This document shows, piece after piece, positions 61,301-64,000 of a stretch of 64,000 nt of DNA. The position numbers and the translations under genes are program-made. Each line of letters opens with the position of its first letter. Positions within the stretch are counted from its first letter, which is position 1. The stretch is from Diplonema japonicum. Lineage: Eukaryota > Protista > Euglenozoa: Diplonemea. Under the pieces are notes generated by a model. It worked only from the letters and a program-made list of their open reading frames with translations. It did not search any database and was not told where the DNA came from. The stretch is taken from positions 484,998 through 548,997 of the forward strand of contig OZ025691.1 of NCBI GenBank assembly GCA_964019335.1. Direction: 5' to 3'.

Positions 61301-61588
61301 TTCCGCCGTGTGAAAACTGAGAAGCAAGGCCACCTGCAGGAACAGAAAGCAGACGTACAGCTCTCAATTGAAAGCACAGTGGGACAAAAGAGGGCTAGCA
61401 GGCCTGTTAAAGGGCAGCTCATAAAATCAACAAAGAAGAAGAACGTGTCGCTGATCAACGACGTGGTGCCAAACATGAAGAAGCCACACTCGCCAAGGGG
61501 CATGCTGTCTCCAAGTAAGATGAAAAAGCCAGTCGCCAAGAATAATGCCACTCCCGTGGTAGGTCCCGGTTTTATTTCCTTGTACTGA
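58325..61588 (+). CDS. Response-regulator receiver (CheY-like) domain protein with long coiled-coil and disordered C-terminus, 1,087 aa
   Basis: FLVVEDN, VFMDIEMPVMSGVEAAARIR and AGMDRYVMKP motifs; no histidine-kinase domain is visible. Confidence 0.82.
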   Translation: MTTTAKALGERTAAELGIDLPRRVLLKFTADQPSLTMSLKVRPRFLVVEDNKIQAYASKEVFERRGAEVTLCFNGRDALNRLEEDVYDAVFMDIEMPVMSGVEAAARIRSAEIRTSRNCNQARQMLIFGVLPAPLHTPDCLGICRDAGMDRYVMKPLVLHANMFCNMFRGDTGDLVEFRTAVLQQHWVSRYNDIKKMFASPSVGTAEYAAFAGEVERRQLDLISSYNEEAAERSEHLKYFSRQKAEEITSLMYRNEVLERKLFEAQQRGRELEESNLNSAVGKTKEKLLAVYKSATMEMPKEKDQKPKIEMLNSQIKVLDLRLIKCKHDLKNTIKTGRQKMKKREDEALKRIRYLEGKNRIIESYLMQHEDCRSLLLPQNFYTNKASSDSTVDLKQSYFVTELEELLKMQRYDNDAGSKDEEEEEAGTLVERILKKELDLWRLVTSRASDDTKAGSVKEKVQECEKVSEDELREEQEEVGEAFFLTQQQVPDGTDVPDVEEHVAKTVAFLKEKNIPTDNYDGTSAVSKLAMCTSNLRFAINSLSEEAALREAALKAKLAQAEETIDDLRKLFRTQRTVSEVARSSKSQDLPKDLSFISTKASIFERPKSRNASRTGTPAGSPTAVKSPKSPFSSLSCTLESAQLGFSGRNSNIGSPRGSHSSRGSALSDVSSTDMQNDASRLAMQERFEISLHEQMSEKLQKYEQDLRAQIDQQRKNATAVQNEVRVSAERELERVNTEIQSKQLELDGLKQQCQQHQQQYEKLKHEVATEEAKRADVMQTPAAPALPPPTRAKTPQEKKRWAPKPPARHQADTTLNLTGSMPRTVSPTVGKPVIRNKINQQHDKPIQPDLQRAQREPTTQDEGMDKFHEAWQGSSGVMSGRGAESRDQSHLSGSSGIDAPSLEHLPDIASAQASKVPPLYRQEVTSKSLSREQSRSSNEADFTSDMETHFKELSEQVQNRKASIRKPKQDKSAAFAPSAPDKNRKQDIKKYFRRVKTEKQGHLQEQKADVQLSIESTVGQKRASRPVKGQLIKSTKKKNVSLINDVVPNMKKPHSPRGMLSPSKMKKPVAKNNATPVVGPGFISLY

Positions 61589-61859
61589 GCCATTCTTTCG
61601 AAGGCAGTCAGTAATTTTATTACTAAAAGAATGACATGAGAACGGTTCCTGAAGAAGAAGAAGGAGGGGGGAAAAAAAGCCACAATGAGCGATTACCCAT
61701 GTGATGGTGCACCTTTTTTATGCGCTGCCGTGTACGGGAATGAGGAACATTATTCTGTTCAAGGGCCTTGACGCAGATCAACATTTATTTGACATTTATC
61801 GTTGGCAGTAGCAATATGGCAGGAAATGATGTCAACGGAGCGAGCAGGGGGACGAAGGT

Positions 61860-62320
61860 GTGGAGCACCATATCATTCAGGAATGCTTCACTATGGCGGA
61901 TGTGAGGGACGAACCCGCGCTGCATGATCTGCTGCAGCGTTTCGCGCAGTTTACCAAGCGCTGCACCCTCCCTGTCTTCCAACGCATAATGCAAATTCGA
62001 CAGGCACAGGACGAAGGTGCAGTCCCACCCCCGACCGCCACCTACGTAATCATCGCTGCTCTCGAATATTAAAGCTAAAAACTACGAGCAAGCACTGCCT
62101 GATGCAGCTGCTTGCTTATTCATCTGTCCCGACATACAAGTCGAGGCAGCAGCGATATGAAACTGTGCTAAATGAGCTCACAAATCACTTGGCCGGCGCA
62201 ATCAAGCGGGTGGGTATGAGAAGGCCTGGTTTGGTAGGGAAGTTAGGCCCCAACAATCCCTTAATTAGAAGGGTGCATGAAAACACCGAGGGAGGAAGTC
62301 ACACGCTCGGGTGTTTGGGG
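61860..62320 (+). pseudogene. Possible frameshifted gene remnant (TPR-like fragment)
   Basis: Coding-like composition but only short ORFs in different frames. A +1 shift near 62062 gives ATYVIIAAL/NIKAKNYEQALPDAAACLFICP, resembling a TPR helix pair. Confidence 0.25.
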
Positions 62321-62321
62321 G

Positions 62322-62512
62322 ACCAACGATTCTAAAGCTACAGTTTCTGTACTTTATTGCTGGTGCCTGCCGCCTCTGCCTGGGTTTGCCGCTGCGTCCG
62401 TCGTCCGTCGTCGCCGTCGTCCGGGGGGGTTGTTTTGCCTGTCGGCCTGCCCGCCGCTTACCGAAAGGATTCCCTCCCCACAAACCCGCACGAGAAAAAA
62501 AAAAAAAAAAAA
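62322..62512 (+). mobile_element. SL-capped, poly(A)-tailed short non-coding retrocopy (SINE-like), unit 1
   Basis: ACCAACGATTCTAAAGCTACAGTTTCTGTACTTTATTG (62322-62359) is a euglenozoan/diplonemid-type SL exon. It has no GT donor after it, then a 135-nt GC-rich body and A18 (62495-62512). Confidence 0.7.
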
Positions 62513-62513
62513 T

Positions 62514-62688
62514 ACCAACAATTCTAAAGCTACAGTTTCTGTACTTTATTGGTCGTCTGTGTTTTTGTTGGTGCCTGCTGCGTCCGCTCGGTGTCCGTTC
62601 GTCGTCGTCTGGGGGGGTTGTTTCGGCCCGGCCCGCCTGCCGTTTAGCAAAGGATCCCCTCCCCCCTCAACACAAAAAAAAAAAAAAA
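62514..62688 (+). mobile_element. SL-capped, poly(A)-tailed short non-coding retrocopy (SINE-like), unit 2
   Basis: SL exon at 62514-62551 (1 mismatch to unit 1), a 122-nt body homologous to unit 1, and A15 (62674-62688). Confidence 0.7.
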
Positions 62689-62882
62689 TAAAAATGGACC
62701 CTAGACGAAACGTCGTCGGAGACCGCCGCCCGCAGGAGGAACGCCTACGAGAGACGCCGACCAAGCCGACCACCCGACCAGACCGAAATCTGGCCGGGCA
62801 GTATGACCCCTCCCCTCCCCTTAGATCCCCTCTAGATGTCGTCAAAAATAATAAAAAACATAAAAAAATAGAACCACCCGCA

Positions 62883-64000
62883 GCAAACCCGCAAACCCGC
62901 AAACCCGCAAACCCGCAAACCCGCAAACCCGCAAACCCGCAAACCCGCAAACCCGCAAACCCGCAAACCCGCAAACCCGCAAACCCGCAAACCCGCAAAC
63001 CCGCAAACCCGCAAACCCGCAAACCCGCAAACCCGCAAACCCGCAAACCCGCAAACCCGCAAACCCGCAAACCCGCAAACCCGCAAACCCGCAAACCCGC
63101 AAACCCGCAAACCCGCAAACCCGCAAACCCGCAAACCCGCAAACCCGCAAACCCGCAAACCCGCAAACCCGCAAACCCGCAAACCCGCAAACCCGCAAAC
63201 CCGCAAACCCGCAAACCCGCAAACCCGCAAACCCGCAAACCCGCAAACCCGCAAACCCGCAAACCCGCAAACCCGCAAACCCGCAAACCCGCAAACCCGC
63301 AAACCCGCAAACCCGCAAACCCGCAAACCGCAAACCCGCAAACCCGCAAACCCGCAAACCCCGCAAACCCCGCAAACCCCGCAAACCCCGCAAACCCGCA
63401 AACCCGCAAACCCGCAAACCCGCAAACCCGCAAACCCGCAAACCCGCAAACCCGCAAACCCGCAAACCCGCAAACCCGCAAACCGCAAACCCGCAAACCC
63501 GCAAACCCGCAAACCCGCAAACCCGCAAACCCGCAAACCCGCAAACCCGCAAACCCGCAAACCCGCAAACCCGCAAACCCGCAAACCCGCAAACCCGCAA
63601 ACCCGTAAACCCGCAAACCCGCAAACCCGCAAACCCGCAAACCCGCAAACCCGCAAACCCGCAAACCCGCAAACCCGCAAACCCGCAAACCCGCAAACCC
63701 GCAAACCCGCAAACCCGCAAACCCGCAAACCCGCAAACCCGCAAACCCGCAAACCCGCAAACCCGCAAACCCGCAAACCCGCAAACCCGCAAACCCGCAA
63801 ACCCGCAAACCCGCAAACCCGCAAACCCGCAAACCCGCAAACCCGCAAACCCGCAAACCCGCAAACCCGCAAACCCGCAAACCCGCAAACCCGCAAACCC
63901 GCAAACCCGCAAACCCGCAAACCCGCAAACCCGCAAACCCGCAAACCCGCAAACCCGCAAACCCGCAAACCCGCAAACCCGCAAACCCGCAAACCCGCAA
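62883..64000. repeat. Telomere-like octamer tandem array (AAACCCGC)n / (GCGGGTTT)n, ~139 units, running off the window end
   Basis: Near-perfect 8-mer array. Variants: 7-mers near 63325 and 63481, four 9-mers at about 63356-63391, and one C>T at 63606. Confidence 0.97.

Noticed and set aside
335-61994. Minus-strand ORFs in the ORF track
   Set aside because: Nearly all are antisense shadows of well-supported + strand genes or lie in low-complexity spacers, and none has recognisable motifs.
62322-62551. CRISPR-like direct repeats (two 38-nt copies)
   Set aside because: The context is eukaryotic, the repeat is the SL exon, the intervening sequences are homologous and too long, and there are no cas genes.
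62322-62688. Functional SL RNA gene array
   Set aside because: Unit 1 has no GT donor after the exon and unit 2 has GTCGTC rather than GTATG. Both end in A tracts rather than T tracts, and only 1 nt separates the units, leaving no upstream promoter space. Not fully excluded for unit 2.
62695-62800. Hammerhead ribozyme (GACGAAAC..GTC) as in Penelope-like elements
   Set aside because: No CTGANGA core nearby; only a small GACG-AAA-CGTC hairpin.
62277-64000. Long ORFs encoding (ANPQTRKP)n or (RVCGFAGL)n on both strands
   Set aside because: They are artefacts of a stop-free 8-nt tandem repeat. They are open in several frames and show no synonymous variation.

Overview
Eukaryotic nuclear DNA, most likely from a diplonemid (Euglenozoa). 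The identification rests on two copies of a diplonemid-type spliced-leader (SL) exon near the right end, genes all on the + strand with very short spacers, cis-introns, and de novo purine synthesis. I count 22 protein genes, all on the + strand. They are split by 42 hand-traced tiny introns (31-45 nt, 40 of 42 starting GTAT, all ending AG), so the ORF track fragments many of them. Gene order: Trm7/FTSJ1 3' end, two Vip1/BPA1-like RRM proteins, FGAM synthase, signal-anchored TTL-family ligase, small spliced orphan, DEAD-like helicase, serine dehydratase, SLC5 symporter, DUF676-like pseudo-esterase, 74-aa spliced microprotein, coiled-coil protein, SulP-STAS-cNMP transporter, PfkB kinase, SLC6 symporter, sarcosine/dimethylglycine dehydrogenase-like enzyme, coiled-coil protein, low-complexity protein, WW-domain protein, a ~8,036-aa EGF/IPT/multi-TM surface protein, histidine phosphatase, and an orphan receiver-domain protein. 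The most unusual part is the last 1.7 kb. Two head-to-tail units of [SL exon + ~125-nt GC-rich non-coding body + poly(A)] and a third A-tailed unit lacking an SL run into a >1.1-kb (AAACCCGC)n array. The first unit contains the array's repeat in both orientations, and the array's G-rich strand points inward, opposite to a normal right-hand telomere. All splice models and family calls were made by eye; no database searches were run.
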